Assembly: GCA_016204695.1 (NCBI GenBank)
Contig: JACQKD010000007.1
Coordinates: 1-55,180, forward strand
DNA from: Candidatus Kaiserbacteria bacterium
Lineage (GTDB): Bacteria; Patescibacteriota; Minisyncoccia; Phycocordibacterales; UBA918
Direction: 5' to 3'
DNA: 55,180 nt
Both the position numbers and the translations under genes were made by a program. Shown here in pieces: positions 28,032 through 38,175 of this stretch (position 1 is the first letter of the stretch; every line of letters starts with the position of its first letter). The notes below the pieces were generated by a model that worked only from the letters and a program-made list of their open reading frames with translations, had not been told where the DNA came from and ran no database searches.

Positions 28032-28068
28032 TCCTTTCCCGCTCGCGGGCGGGGAGTATACTTTCTCT

Positions 28069-29274
28069 ATGGCTTCCTCGGTAGTCACTCCGGAAATGCG
28101 TGCGGCCGCCAAGCGGCCGCACGCATTTCGGAGCATATACGGCCTCACGCTCATTTTCGCCCTCCACTGGGCGCTCGTCGCCTACGTCAACTCGGCGCTC
28201 CTTTCGCAGTTCGTCTCCGACCGGACCATCGGCGTGCTCTACATCCTTTCGTCGATACTCACCATCGTCGCATTCTTCTCCACAAGGAGAATCCTCGGCC
28301 GCTGGGGCAATTCCCGGACCGCGCTCGGACTCGGCGTGACCGAAACGATTGTTCTTGTCGGTCTCGCATTCGCGAACTCCCCCTATGTTTCTCTGCCGCT
28401 TTTCGTACTCCACCACGCCTTGGTGCCGCTTTTGCTGTTCAATATCGATATTTTCATGGAGGATCGTATCGGTAAAAGCGAAAAAATCACCGGCGGCACA
28501 CGCGGCATCATGCTTGGCATCTTGAGCATAGGGACGGCATTCGCCACGCTTGCCGTTGGCTTTTTACTCGGCAGCGGCGAACCGCGATTTATGCTCGCCT
28601 ATGTGGCGAGCGCCATCCTGATGGTCGTCTTCTGTTTTCTGCTCTTGCGCTATTTCGGCACATTCCGCGATCCGGTGTACGCGAGTCTCAACATCTTCGA
28701 CATCTGGTACCGCTTTTCCATCAAACACGATCTGCGGTCGGTGTTCGTCTGTCACTTCCTCCTCCAACTCTTTTTCGCGTGGATGGTCATCTACGTGCCG
28801 CTCTATCTCGCCTCGGCCATCGGCTTTTCTTGGGACGAGATCGGCCTCGTACTCTTTGCCGGCCTCTTCGCCTATGTCATTCTCGAATACCCGATCGGCG
28901 TCGTCGCGGACCGATGGATCGGCGAGAAAGAGATGATGACGGCGGGCTTTATCATACTCGCCGTTTCCACCGCGTACATGGCGTTTCTTAAAGTCCCCAT
29001 CCTTCTGCCGTGGATGGTGACAATGTTTATGACGCGCGTGGGCGCGAGTTTCGTCGAAGTCACGACCGAAAGCTATTTCTTCAAGCAGACCAAAGACGCG
29101 GATGCCGGCATCATCGGCTTTTTCCGCGCCTGCCGCCCTATCGCCTTCCTCCTCGCGTCCCTTCTCGGCAGTGTTCTACTCATATACACGCCCTTCGCCT
29201 ATCTTTTCGCAATCTTCGGTCTCTTGATGCTTCCGGGTGCGGTGTTCTCGCTACTTCTGAAGGATACGCGGTAA
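28069..29274 (+). CDS. MFS transporter
   Basis: About 12 TM, GVVADRWIGEK loop motif. Confidence 0.85.
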   Translation: MASSVVTPEMRAAAKRPHAFRSIYGLTLIFALHWALVAYVNSALLSQFVSDRTIGVLYILSSILTIVAFFSTRRILGRWGNSRTALGLGVTETIVLVGLAFANSPYVSLPLFVLHHALVPLLLFNIDIFMEDRIGKSEKITGGTRGIMLGILSIGTAFATLAVGFLLGSGEPRFMLAYVASAILMVVFCFLLLRYFGTFRDPVYASLNIFDIWYRFSIKHDLRSVFVCHFLLQLFFAWMVIYVPLYLASAIGFSWDEIGLVLFAGLFAYVILEYPIGVVADRWIGEKEMMTAGFIILAVSTAYMAFLKVPILLPWMVTMFMTRVGASFVEVTTESYFFKQTKDADAGIIGFFRACRPIAFLLASLLGSVLLIYTPFAYLFAIFGLLMLPGAVFSLLLKDTR

Positions 29275-29355
29275 AAAGTAAGGGTGGAGATTTATAACTT
29301 TTGGTGTTACTCTTTCCGAGTTCCAAATATATACAGTACGGGCAAAGGAGACACT

Positions 29356-29604
29356 ATGGCTACCGAAGCAACTGTCCACCCACCGTTGGATTTTGACCCG
29401 GAGTTGGCCGCACGTTTGTTCCAAAAGCTGTCGGAGCATTTAGCTCTGTGTACAGAATGTCTACGGAGTGCTCACGAAGCTGATATCCCCCTCAAGAGGC
29501 ACCATGTGGACCCCATGATGGTGGGAATTGAGGCCTTCATGGTTTGGAGCCCCCTCGCCCGAATCATGGCCACAGTACACCCCAAAAGAGAAGGTATGGA
29601 TTGA
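29356..29604 (+). CDS. Small hypothetical protein
   Basis: AAGGAG RBS 5 nt before the ATG, 82 aa, hairpins downstream. Confidence 0.55.
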   Translation: MATEATVHPPLDFDPELAARLFQKLSEHLALCTECLRSAHEADIPLKRHHVDPMMVGIEAFMVWSPLARIMATVHPKREGMD

Positions 29605-29668
29605 TGGTCTTCCAAGTGGGGGCCTAGGCCCCCACAACCCTCGTCCAATAGGACGGGGTTTGGTATTT

Positions 29669-30490
29669 TTAGCAGAGATATGTTTTGTTCTTCTTTTTCA
29701 AAAATCCTTCCCGGACGAGGGTATCCGCTATCGTTTGTACGAATTTGAATGGCTTTTTTGTTTTTTTGGCGAGCGCGGCGGCAGTTAGTGCGCCTTCAGC
29801 GAGAAGCGTTTTTATAATGAGCCCACGGATCTGGCGATTGGACCCTTCGAATTTGGATTGCTTCGTATAGTGCGCACTTCTGAGGTTTGCGTTGCCGTGC
29901 TCTTTTTTCAGATATGCGCCGTAGTCCATGAGCGCCCAGTACCATTCTCGGGGATGTTTGGTATCGAGCGTCGCCTCGATATACGGAATGATCTTGCTGT
30001 CCGGCACATTCGTTTTGTTTTTGAAAAAGTAGTGGAGAAAGACCGTGCGGATGTTTGTCTCTATAAAAACTTCCGGCAAGTTGTATGCAAATGTCGCAAT
30101 TGCTCGGGCGGTGTAGTGTCCTACTCCGGGGAGCTGTTCTATTTCTTCAGCGGTTTTGGGAAACCGGCCGTGAAAATGATCTTCGATCATTTTCACGGCC
30201 TCATGGAGAAATTTCCCTCGGCGATTGTATCCGAGCCCCTGCCACGCACGAAGCACATCGGCGAGCGTCGCGCGAGCAAGCGCGCGTGGTGTCGGAAATT
30301 CTTTAAGAAACGCGCGATATTTCGGAGTGACACGGTCGACTTGCGTCTGCTGGAGCATCATTTCCGAAACGAAGATGCGGTACGGATTTTTCGTACGTCG
30401 CCACGGCAGATCCCTGCCGTGGCGGCGATAATACTCCCAGACTATTCTTCGAAATGCAGTACTCTCGGGCTTTTTCATCTCCCCAGACAT
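29669..30490 (-). CDS. mutY: MutY-like adenine glycosylase (short, no Fe-S motif)
   Basis: RDLPWR, VSEMMLQQTQV, WQGLGY, LPGVGHYTA HhH. Start at 30490 or 30478. Confidence 0.88.
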   Translation of the reverse strand: MSGEMKKPESTAFRRIVWEYYRRHGRDLPWRRTKNPYRIFVSEMMLQQTQVDRVTPKYRAFLKEFPTPRALARATLADVLRAWQGLGYNRRGKFLHEAVKMIEDHFHGRFPKTAEEIEQLPGVGHYTARAIATFAYNLPEVFIETNIRTVFLHYFFKNKTNVPDSKIIPYIEATLDTKHPREWYWALMDYGAYLKKEHGNANLRSAHYTKQSKFEGSNRQIRGLIIKTLLAEGALTAAALAKKTKKPFKFVQTIADTLVREGFLKKKNKTYLC

Positions 30491-30495
30491 GCCTG

Positions 30496-31374
30496 TTAGC
30501 TGACCGCAATAAATGACGGTGCGAGCGCCTTCCATTCGGCTTCGACGAGTACGCGCTCGTTGTAGATGCCGTGCGACGGCCAGTCGGCTTCGGAGATCTG
30601 TATCGAGTCGTTGAATACCTTGTCGACATACGCAAGATGGGCTTTTTCGTCCGATAGGACGAACTCCATGACCGAACCAACTGATGGCTCGTCGCCGATC
30701 TTCGCACTGGAAACCGTCGAGAGAATCTTCGCCCATGCGCCTGGCGTGCGCGGACGAATGTCGGGCCACGCCAGGTGCACGCCACGGCGCAGTAGCCGGT
30801 AATAGACGTATTCGTGAGCTCCGAGCGGAAGCTGGGTGAGCCCTGCCGAAAATTCGTCATCAATCACCGACCGCAGACGCACGGTATTGATATCGTGCGC
30901 ACCGTTTTCTTCCCCGATCATAAATGTCGGATAGACGTCCGCGGCTTTCTGCACGATTGCGGTACTCGGCACATACCCCCGCTTGTCCCCCAAAGCAACA
31001 TGGGCGTATGCATCATCCGCCGCAAGCAACATGAGCATCTCGCCGTACGGGATCATGGCAATCGTGGTGTCGCTTGCGCCGTCCGGCGTCGTGCGCAACG
31101 GAACACGAGATTTCGCGCAGTACACGAGCGTATGCTTCTGTGGAGCGGCCATGCTCGGTGCTGTAGCAGGAGCCACTGGCACCGGCTCAGCCATCGGCAC
31201 AGGCGACGTATGCCGATACGAGTCGATATCAGTCGTCTCCCGTACAGCAGACACCACCCGCGAGGGCGGAAGATATAGCGTATCATTACTGTTTCCTACC
31301 TGTCCCTGCCGCCGAAACAGCACCGAAACCGCAAACGTATAGAGATCCTCGACAACCGCTAAAAGTATATTCAT
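30496..31374 (-). CDS. SH3b + CHAP-like domain protein
   Basis: LRTTPD…IAMIPYGE…KRGYV SH3-like segment; PSVGSV…HLAYVDKV…ISEADW CHAP-like C-terminus. Confidence 0.65.
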   Translation of the reverse strand: MNILLAVVEDLYTFAVSVLFRRQGQVGNSNDTLYLPPSRVVSAVRETTDIDSYRHTSPVPMAEPVPVAPATAPSMAAPQKHTLVYCAKSRVPLRTTPDGASDTTIAMIPYGEMLMLLAADDAYAHVALGDKRGYVPSTAIVQKAADVYPTFMIGEENGAHDINTVRLRSVIDDEFSAGLTQLPLGAHEYVYYRLLRRGVHLAWPDIRPRTPGAWAKILSTVSSAKIGDEPSVGSVMEFVLSDEKAHLAYVDKVFNDSIQISEADWPSHGIYNERVLVEAEWKALAPSFIAVS

Positions 31375-31443
31375 AGGCCTTCCATTCCCACCTTGGGTGG
31401 GTGCACTATAGCACCGCCCCCAAATTCCGTCACTGACGAGACG

Positions 31444-32112
31444 CTAGTGAGCTTTTGGCCAAACTATCGCGGCCTTTTTGTACACGTTCGTCAGGGGGTG
31501 CGCAAGACAATCATGCTTGCGGGCCGGGCAGATATCGCGACCGTAGTGTACGAGACGGTGGTTGAAGAGCCACCATTCCTTTTTTGGCATAATCGCCATA
31601 AGGTCGCGCTCAATGCGCAGGGGGTCTGTATGGTCGGAAAGGTCAAAGCGAATGGCAAAACGCCGGACATGCGTATCCACGGCGATGCCGACCGCAGTGC
31701 CGTAGAGCGTCGCCATAACGACATTCGCCGTCTTGCGAGCGACACCGGGAAGCGAGAGCAGGTCGGGCATCGTCTCGGGAATGCGGCCGCCAAAATCGTC
31801 TTTGACGATTTTGGCGGCCGCAAGAATGTTCCTCGTCTTGTTTTTATAAAATCCGCAGGAGAAAATGTCCTTCTCGAATACGCGCGGCTGTGCGCGTACG
31901 TACGCATCGAGCGTCCGGTACTTCTTGAAAAGTTTTTTGGTGACTTCATTCGCCCGCTTGTCCGTGCATTGCGCGGAGAGCTGTACCGCGACCAACAGCT
32001 CCCACGGATTACCATAAAGAAGTGCAATATGCGGGTCCGGATAGAGCCGCTTCAATACTCGATTCATGGCGCAAACCCGAGCGACACGTTCTTTCTTTTT
32101 CACTGCGTTCAT
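31444..32112 (-). CDS. nth: Endonuclease III
   Basis: LLVAVQLSAQCTD, LPGVARKTANVV, IAVDTHV. Start reassigned to 32112. Confidence 0.92.
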   Translation of the reverse strand: MNAVKKKERVARVCAMNRVLKRLYPDPHIALLYGNPWELLVAVQLSAQCTDKRANEVTKKLFKKYRTLDAYVRAQPRVFEKDIFSCGFYKNKTRNILAAAKIVKDDFGGRIPETMPDLLSLPGVARKTANVVMATLYGTAVGIAVDTHVRRFAIRFDLSDHTDPLRIERDLMAIMPKKEWWLFNHRLVHYGRDICPARKHDCLAHPLTNVYKKAAIVWPKAH

Positions 32113-32132
32113 AACGGTAGTCTGCAATCCGG

Positions 32133-32636
32133 TCAGGAGGAAATATATTCGTCGAGTGCTTCGCCTATGAAAAAAGTGAGGATCGCGATACCGAGAGAAA
32201 AGGCGCACATTTCAAAAAATTGCACCGAGTAGCGACGACCAAGCAATCGGGAACTGTAGAACGCGACGACGGCAACCAGAGCGACAGCGACAAAGACGGT
32301 GGCCGTAAGCGCGATCGTAATATCATCGCACGCCATAAATGGCGCGGTGAGGAGCAGTGCGACTGCGAGGTACGATACGCCGGTGACAAGCGCGGCCTTC
32401 AAGGCCTCCCGCCTTCGCTCATGCCGCGCCTGCTGATAGGCGGATGCCGCCATGGAAAGAGCCGCCGATATACCCGTAATGAGCCCGGCGACAGCGATCA
32501 CATTCGGCTCCCTCAGCGCCACAAAAAAGCCGGCGAGCGCTCCGGTAAGCGAGATGAGCGCGTCATTGAAACCGAGGACTACGTTCGGAAAAAATTTTTC
32601 GAGCGACGATGCTCTATTGGAGTATCTGGCGGCCAT
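32133..32636 (-). CDS. VIT1/CCC1 family transporter
   Basis: VLGFNDAL and ALSMAASAY motifs. Confidence 0.85.
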   Translation of the reverse strand: MAARYSNRASSLEKFFPNVVLGFNDALISLTGALAGFFVALREPNVIAVAGLITGISAALSMAASAYQQARHERRREALKAALVTGVSYLAVALLLTAPFMACDDITIALTATVFVAVALVAVVAFYSSRLLGRRYSVQFFEMCAFSLGIAILTFFIGEALDEYISS

Positions 32637-32643
32637 GAGAATG

Positions 32644-33756
32644 CTACGACCGTACGCGCGCGTATACGAGCGTCGTTATGCCGCCGATAAGCACGACCGT
32701 CGCCACCGCAAACACCAGCGCGCCGAGATACGGGACATAACCGAGAAGCACAAGCGAGAGCGTACCCACGATCGTCCATTTCAACGAGACAGCCGCAGTG
32801 CCATCAACAAAACGCGCGAAGAGCGCGCCCGCAAGAATCCCACTGCAAGACAGCGCAACGGCGATCAGAAGGAAATACGCCAAAAGGAGCGCCATGCCGA
32901 CGGGCAGACCGATGATACTCACCAGCAACGCCCCCACGACAATCGGCACCGCCGCCATGACGCCGAATCCGAGAAGACCATGAAGACCGAACGAGCCGAC
33001 GGTATGACGCATGAGCCGGTCGAGGATTTTTCTGAACAGCAACAGGTAGGCCGCGGTAGTGAAAAAGAACACGAGAAGCGGAAGCACATAGGACGATATC
33101 GGCGCTCTCGCATCGACCATCGGCTTTTTGACCACATCGCCGATCACCACCGACCCCGGCGCGCGTGCAATCTCGTTTCTGCTTGTGTATTCGACGATAC
33201 CCTCCACATGCGCCTGATCGCCGAGCTCAAGTGCGCTTGCCGCAGTCACGGAAACATCGCCGAACACCCGCCCGTTGACCCTGATCTTTTCCGCCTGTCC
33301 GGAAAGCGAGCCCTTCAATTCCCCTTCCATGGTCATTTCCCCTCCGACAAAAAGAATGTCCCCGCCCACATGCGCCGTCGACAACACATGGACGGCGCCT
33401 CCCATCACGAGCACGTCTCCCTCAATCGTGCCGGCGATGACCAGTTCCCCGCCGATCATGCGGACATCGTCCTTCACCGGACCATCGAGACGCACCGACC
33501 CTCCCGCAATCACGGCATCGCCTCCGACCGTGCCATTCACCGTCACCGTGCCGGCCGCGGCATAGAGATCGCCGTCGACCGTACCGGACACCGTAACCGC
33601 GCCGCCGACGGCATAGAAATCACTCTCCACTTTTTGCGCTTCACCCACCGATACGGATTCGCCGCTCCGGAGCACCGGAGCGGCGAGGACGGTAAGCGGC
33701 ATAAGCGCCAGTGTTGCGCTGACAAGTATCGTACCAACAAGCGTTCGTATATGCAT
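32644..33756 (-). CDS. Bactofilin-like (polymer-forming) repeat membrane protein
   Basis: Signal peptide, repeated G-x-V-x-I/V-x-G-x-V-x-G-D beta-helix units, multi-TM C-terminus. Confidence 0.8.
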   Translation of the reverse strand: MHIRTLVGTILVSATLALMPLTVLAAPVLRSGESVSVGEAQKVESDFYAVGGAVTVSGTVDGDLYAAAGTVTVNGTVGGDAVIAGGSVRLDGPVKDDVRMIGGELVIAGTIEGDVLVMGGAVHVLSTAHVGGDILFVGGEMTMEGELKGSLSGQAEKIRVNGRVFGDVSVTAASALELGDQAHVEGIVEYTSRNEIARAPGSVVIGDVVKKPMVDARAPISSYVLPLLVFFFTTAAYLLLFRKILDRLMRHTVGSFGLHGLLGFGVMAAVPIVVGALLVSIIGLPVGMALLLAYFLLIAVALSCSGILAGALFARFVDGTAAVSLKWTIVGTLSLVLLGYVPYLGALVFAVATVVLIGGITTLVYARVRS

Positions 33757-33816
33757 ATGCTCTCTATACTATACCCATTCGGCGTCTTTTTCGAGATAGC
33801 TATACCATCCCCGTGT

Positions 33817-34848
33817 CTACTGTGCAAAGATCGCCGCTCCTTTCTCCCACATCTCCGCACGGCCTTTTGTTTTGAGCCAATACCACCACTCCCCTCCCCA
33901 GAGGTATTGGCGGTCATACCGCGTCTCTTTTGCATACTGGATAATCTCGTCAAATTTTTCCGGGTTCATCCGTTCAAGCTGGGTCTCGATCGGCACCTTG
34001 ATGACCGGCTCAATGAGCCATGGTTCAAGCGACAGCTCGATGAGAAATGTCGGCTTTGTGCCATAGAAAAGCTGTACCAGATTCTCCTTAATGCGATAGG
34101 TGACCGACGGAAGCACGGTACGAAATTGACCATACGTCGGATTCCAGAAGTATACGTACACGCTTGTGCCGAACGCGTCTCCGGCGCCGTACGCCCCCGT
34201 CCATGTCCCGAAATTGCCGCCGTCGGTAACCAAAATCGGTCTTCCCGGATCAAGTTCCCGTACGAGCGCAATCTCTTCTTTGAGGAATGCTTCGTCAAGT
34301 TCGCCGCACTGGTCCCGGGCAAATGTCCCGAGGTACGGCTCATTCTCGACCTGCCAGTAGACAATATGCGGCTCGTCTTTGTAGCGATTGATCACTTCGG
34401 TAACATACGCTTTGATTTCATTTTTCTGTTCCTCCCAAGAAAGCTCTTGCGCCCATCCCGGCGTATGACACTCCGGCCAACGCGGCAGACGCCTGCCAAC
34501 CGCAAGTACGATATCCGCGCCGTACTTTTTCGCCTCGGCAACTTCGAAGTCGAGCTCGGAAAAATCAAATGCATCGCGGCGCGGCTCGATCATCGGCCAC
34601 TGCGCCGCCAGTCGCAGATGGCGCACGCCGAGCTCCGCAAGAAATGCGGTATAGACCTCACGCGCATTGAGACCAAGCTCTTCCGTATACGGCGCACTGA
34701 AAGAGATGCCGTAGGTAAACCGTTCGGGCACGGGCTTGCGCGCAAGCAGTACGAGCGCGAGCGCGAGTAATGCGAGAGCGCCCCCGATCCAGAGCAATAT
34801 TCGTTTGAGACGCGATTTCTTCTGTAGCTTTTTTTTGGGCTTCTTCAT
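33817..34848 (-). CDS. Membrane-anchored clan GH-A glycoside hydrolase
   Basis: W..IEP…FDFSELD, WQVENEP acid/base motif, IELSLEPW nucleophile region. Confidence 0.8.
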   Translation of the reverse strand: MKKPKKKLQKKSRLKRILLWIGGALALLALALVLLARKPVPERFTYGISFSAPYTEELGLNAREVYTAFLAELGVRHLRLAAQWPMIEPRRDAFDFSELDFEVAEAKKYGADIVLAVGRRLPRWPECHTPGWAQELSWEEQKNEIKAYVTEVINRYKDEPHIVYWQVENEPYLGTFARDQCGELDEAFLKEEIALVRELDPGRPILVTDGGNFGTWTGAYGAGDAFGTSVYVYFWNPTYGQFRTVLPSVTYRIKENLVQLFYGTKPTFLIELSLEPWLIEPVIKVPIETQLERMNPEKFDEIIQYAKETRYDRQYLWGGEWWYWLKTKGRAEMWEKGAAIFAQ

Positions 34849-34872
34849 GCATCCATATCTTATCTTTGCATC

Positions 34873-35811
34873 TTATCCGAACAACACCCAAAAACCGAGT
34901 ATGATGATGGCGACAAAGACAGCTTTATGCGCGAACACCTTTAGGTCGCGCGTATTCTCTCCGTATGCGAAGGGGGTATGCGGACCGAGCGTGACGCCAA
35001 AGATGAAAATGAAGAGAAACTGCAGGCCGCCGAGCGCCTGCACCACCGACACATCCCCGAGTTCCGTCGCCTTCAGTACGAGCACCGACGCGACCCCCGC
35101 GATAACTTTATTGACGACAACGAGCGCGCCGATCCGTTTGCGCGTCGCCCGAACATGCGGAAGGATCCTCTTCCCGTGACTCGGTATCAGCAGAAGCGAG
35201 ATCGCAAAGAGCACGAAGCCGACGCGGCTCCAGAAAAAGCCGTCGTCAAAGGACGTCTCGTTGAAAAGTCCTTTGATCACGACATAGTGGAGTGAAAAGA
35301 ATATACCGGAGGAGATGCAGGTGAGCACTCCCTTCCATGAAAGTCTGAAATGCGAAACCAGGAGCGTCCCGAGCGCGAGCAGGATCACGCCAAACGCGAA
35401 ATGAGCCGACAACGTAGCGCCCAAGAAGAGGTACGCGAGCGCGAGCGAGCCGATCGCCGAAACCGCACCGACGACCGGCACCACATCGGACGCGTCGGCC
35501 TGCTGAAGCGCCTTGAACATCGAAACGAGCGCGTAGAAAAACGTATACGCCGAGAGTATGGAAAGCCCGAGTACTTCGAGCGTCGGGAAACGCACATTGC
35601 CGACATCGGGGAAGGTGACGCCGTCGATCGAAACCGGAAGCAGGCCGGGGATATAGATTACGATCGCCGCACCGGAGAGTACACAGGTATAAAAAGCATA
35701 GACGAACGGCTCCGGCACGGCCTTCTTGCTCGTGACGATATACTTGTCGACCAGCGCGACGATCGCATTGAAAAACTGCGCAATGACTGCAAACAAAATC
35801 CACGCTGGCAT
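34873..35811 (-). CDS. EamA/DMT family transporter
   Basis: About 10 TM in a two-repeat pattern (VDKY; GDVSVVQAL). Confidence 0.8.
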   Translation of the reverse strand: MPAWILFAVIAQFFNAIVALVDKYIVTSKKAVPEPFVYAFYTCVLSGAAIVIYIPGLLPVSIDGVTFPDVGNVRFPTLEVLGLSILSAYTFFYALVSMFKALQQADASDVVPVVGAVSAIGSLALAYLFLGATLSAHFAFGVILLALGTLLVSHFRLSWKGVLTCISSGIFFSLHYVVIKGLFNETSFDDGFFWSRVGFVLFAISLLLIPSHGKRILPHVRATRKRIGALVVVNKVIAGVASVLVLKATELGDVSVVQALGGLQFLFIFIFGVTLGPHTPFAYGENTRDLKVFAHKAVFVAIIILGFWVLFG

Positions 35812-35815
35812 GCGC

Positions 35816-37069
35816 CTATTCTAGCATCGCATTGCGCTCAATAATCTCTTTGTATGCATATGCGGACGGGCGAATCTTCCGCTCGAGCGTCTGGTAGTCG
35901 ATCTCGACAAGCCCGAAGCGTTTTTCAAACCCGAGCGCCCACTCGTAGTTATCAATCAGCGACCAATACATGAAGCCGCGCACATCCGCGCCGTTTTCTA
36001 TCGCGACATGCATACACCGGACGAGACGCTTGATATAGTCGGCGCGGATGCGGTCTGCCGCATCGGCAACCCCCGCTTCCGAAACCCAGATAGGTAATTT
36101 GTATCGCTTGACCATCAGGAGCGCATCACAGAGTCCCTCGGGGTACACATCCCAACCCATATCAGTCTTGTCATAGGTCGCATTGTCGCCGAATTTTTTG
36201 TGCTGGTAGTAATTGATGCCGATTGAGTCGCACTTGCGATAGACACGCGAAAGTATGGCGTGCGTCGCGTGCCAATTCGCAATCCACGCAAGCAATTTGT
36301 TGAAAGGATTGCCATTCGCATGGAAGAGAACAATGTGATGGACGATACCCACTTCCGCGCCAAACGCTGCCGCTTTGATCGCATCGTATGCCAGATTGTG
36401 CGCCCTGATGAGATGTCGCCGCACACGCAGATAGGTCATGACATTGTGCCAGGTTGCCTTCTGTCCGATGAAATCGGGACGTTCCACAGGAATCGCTTTG
36501 AGAAGATCCAGTCCTAACCATTTTTTAAATGGCGGCCAACTCCCGGTAAGCCATCCCTGCCCGGCAAACACCGTCGGCTCGTTCATGGTCGCGAAATGCC
36601 GGCAGTCGTTTCCGAGCTTTCGCGCCACATATCCGCAGTAGCGGGCGAAAATCTCCGGCGCATCTTTGCGCTCCCATCCGCCGCTTTCGGCAAACCACTG
36701 CGGAAGCGTGAAGTGCCAGAGTGTCACAAATGGCTTGATGTGGCGCGCGCGAAGCGCGGCGAGTACGGCGAGATAGTGCTCGATTTCTTTTTCATTAAAC
36801 GTCCCTTCCTCCGGCTCGATGCGCGCCCACTCGACCGAGATGCGGTGGCAGTTGTGCCCGAGCGACTTTGCAATATCAAAATCTTCTTCATAGCGATTGT
36901 AGTGGTCGGCCGCACGACCGCAAGGCGGCACTCTGCCCTCTCGCGCCGCTTGCGCCCAGTCGGTATTCTCGATACCGCCCTCCACCTGATACGACGCCGT
37001 CGCCGCCCCCCAATAAAACCCTTCCGGGAATGTCATAGGAAACTTTCGGGGAAATTCTTTTTCAGACAT
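35816..37069 (-). CDS. Glycoside hydrolase family 1 (beta-glucosidase-like)
   Basis: FPEGFYWGAATASYQVEG, TMNEP, INYY, VSEAG, WSLIDNYEW, RFGL. Confidence 0.93.
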   Translation of the reverse strand: MSEKEFPRKFPMTFPEGFYWGAATASYQVEGGIENTDWAQAAREGRVPPCGRAADHYNRYEEDFDIAKSLGHNCHRISVEWARIEPEEGTFNEKEIEHYLAVLAALRARHIKPFVTLWHFTLPQWFAESGGWERKDAPEIFARYCGYVARKLGNDCRHFATMNEPTVFAGQGWLTGSWPPFKKWLGLDLLKAIPVERPDFIGQKATWHNVMTYLRVRRHLIRAHNLAYDAIKAAAFGAEVGIVHHIVLFHANGNPFNKLLAWIANWHATHAILSRVYRKCDSIGINYYQHKKFGDNATYDKTDMGWDVYPEGLCDALLMVKRYKLPIWVSEAGVADAADRIRADYIKRLVRCMHVAIENGADVRGFMYWSLIDNYEWALGFEKRFGLVEIDYQTLERKIRPSAYAYKEIIERNAMLE

Positions 37070-37078
37070 GCGGGAAAA

Positions 37079-37426
37079 TTACAACGCCTGCAAACCCACA
37101 TGCCGTTCCACTCTGCCCATGCGGTCGGAGAGGTCATCTGTCTCCGTGGTGAGACCGGAGAGATTTTCGACAGCCGTCTCGACATCGGTAAGCCGTTCTT
37201 TCACTTCGGAAAGCTCCGACCTCACTGAAGCGAAACCTGCGGACATTTCCACCTTCGTCGCCATTTCTTCACGCACGGCGGCAAATCCTTCGGCCATCTC
37301 CGCGCGAATCCCAGCCAAACCTTCCGCAAGCTCTGTTTTCGTCGCCGTCTCTTCCTTGGTCGCCATGTGTTCGGCAACGTGCATTAAGAGCTCATGGACT
37401 TCACCGAGTGTCACTTCTTTCGCCAT
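37079..37426 (-). CDS. Coiled-coil protein with 11-aa repeats
   Basis: Repeats ELAEGLAGIRA/EMAEGFAAVRE/EMSAGFASVRS and repeated ATK. Confidence 0.75.
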   Translation of the reverse strand: MAKEVTLGEVHELLMHVAEHMATKEETATKTELAEGLAGIRAEMAEGFAAVREEMATKVEMSAGFASVRSELSEVKERLTDVETAVENLSGLTTETDDLSDRMGRVERHVGLQAL

Positions 37427-37459
37427 GCGGGAATTGTAGCATGCCTCCCTAAACCCATG

Positions 37460-38095
37460 CTAGCGCAACAAGAACGCGACGAGGATAAAAAGCGAACACA
37501 TAAAAAGCAGGTACTCCGTCACTGATACCCAATTGCGGGTCAAATACCATTTATCGATCCAGTCACCTCTTCCCCACCGCATGATAAAACGAGGTAATTC
37601 TTCTTCACTCCATGACACGATAAACCGCACCCGACGCTCGTCAACCGAAAGTTTCTCCCAGACACCGTCGGCGACCAGCATCCTTTTCGGCTGGTTTACT
37701 TTTCGATCTGCGCACTTGTACCGAGTGCGCGAGAACGGCCACAGCCACGCAACGCCCCAGCCGACGCCGTATGAATCGTTGACAAAATGCAACATGGTCG
37801 CAATAAGAAAAAGCCAGCCAAAAAAACCGACGAGCCATGCAAGCACGATGCCGACAAGCAAAAGGACCGCGGGGTAATGCAGACCTTCCCTATGGTCATA
37901 CACATAGTCACTGGAAGCGGCAACTTTCCCCCGTCGCAACAATTCAGGCACCGCGTCGAGATCCGGCATCATGGCAAGCGGAACTCCGACCAAAAAATGC
38001 CACCAAAAGATTTCTGTATTCGTAATCCATCCCGCAAGCAGCGTCGCGAAAATACCATTTGCAATATCGGCAAGTACCGGAAGAATTTGTTTCAT
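37460..38095 (-). CDS. YdjM-like membrane metal-dependent hydrolase
   Basis: PDLD, HREGLH, HFVND and GVAWLWPFS motifs. Confidence 0.78.
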   Translation of the reverse strand: MKQILPVLADIANGIFATLLAGWITNTEIFWWHFLVGVPLAMMPDLDAVPELLRRGKVAASSDYVYDHREGLHYPAVLLLVGIVLAWLVGFFGWLFLIATMLHFVNDSYGVGWGVAWLWPFSRTRYKCADRKVNQPKRMLVADGVWEKLSVDERRVRFIVSWSEEELPRFIMRWGRGDWIDKWYLTRNWVSVTEYLLFMCSLFILVAFLLR

Positions 38096-38175
38096 TGTCC
38101 GTATCAGTATAGCAAAAACAGATTACGCGCAGATCAGCCTCATGGGCCAACCTGCGCGTAAAAACAACCAACACT

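Noticed and set aside
26091-28154. 687-aa minus-strand ORF
   Set aside because: Antisense shadow of RNase J.
32452-34770. 772-aa plus-strand ORF
   Set aside because: Arg/His-rich antisense frame across three convincing minus-strand genes.
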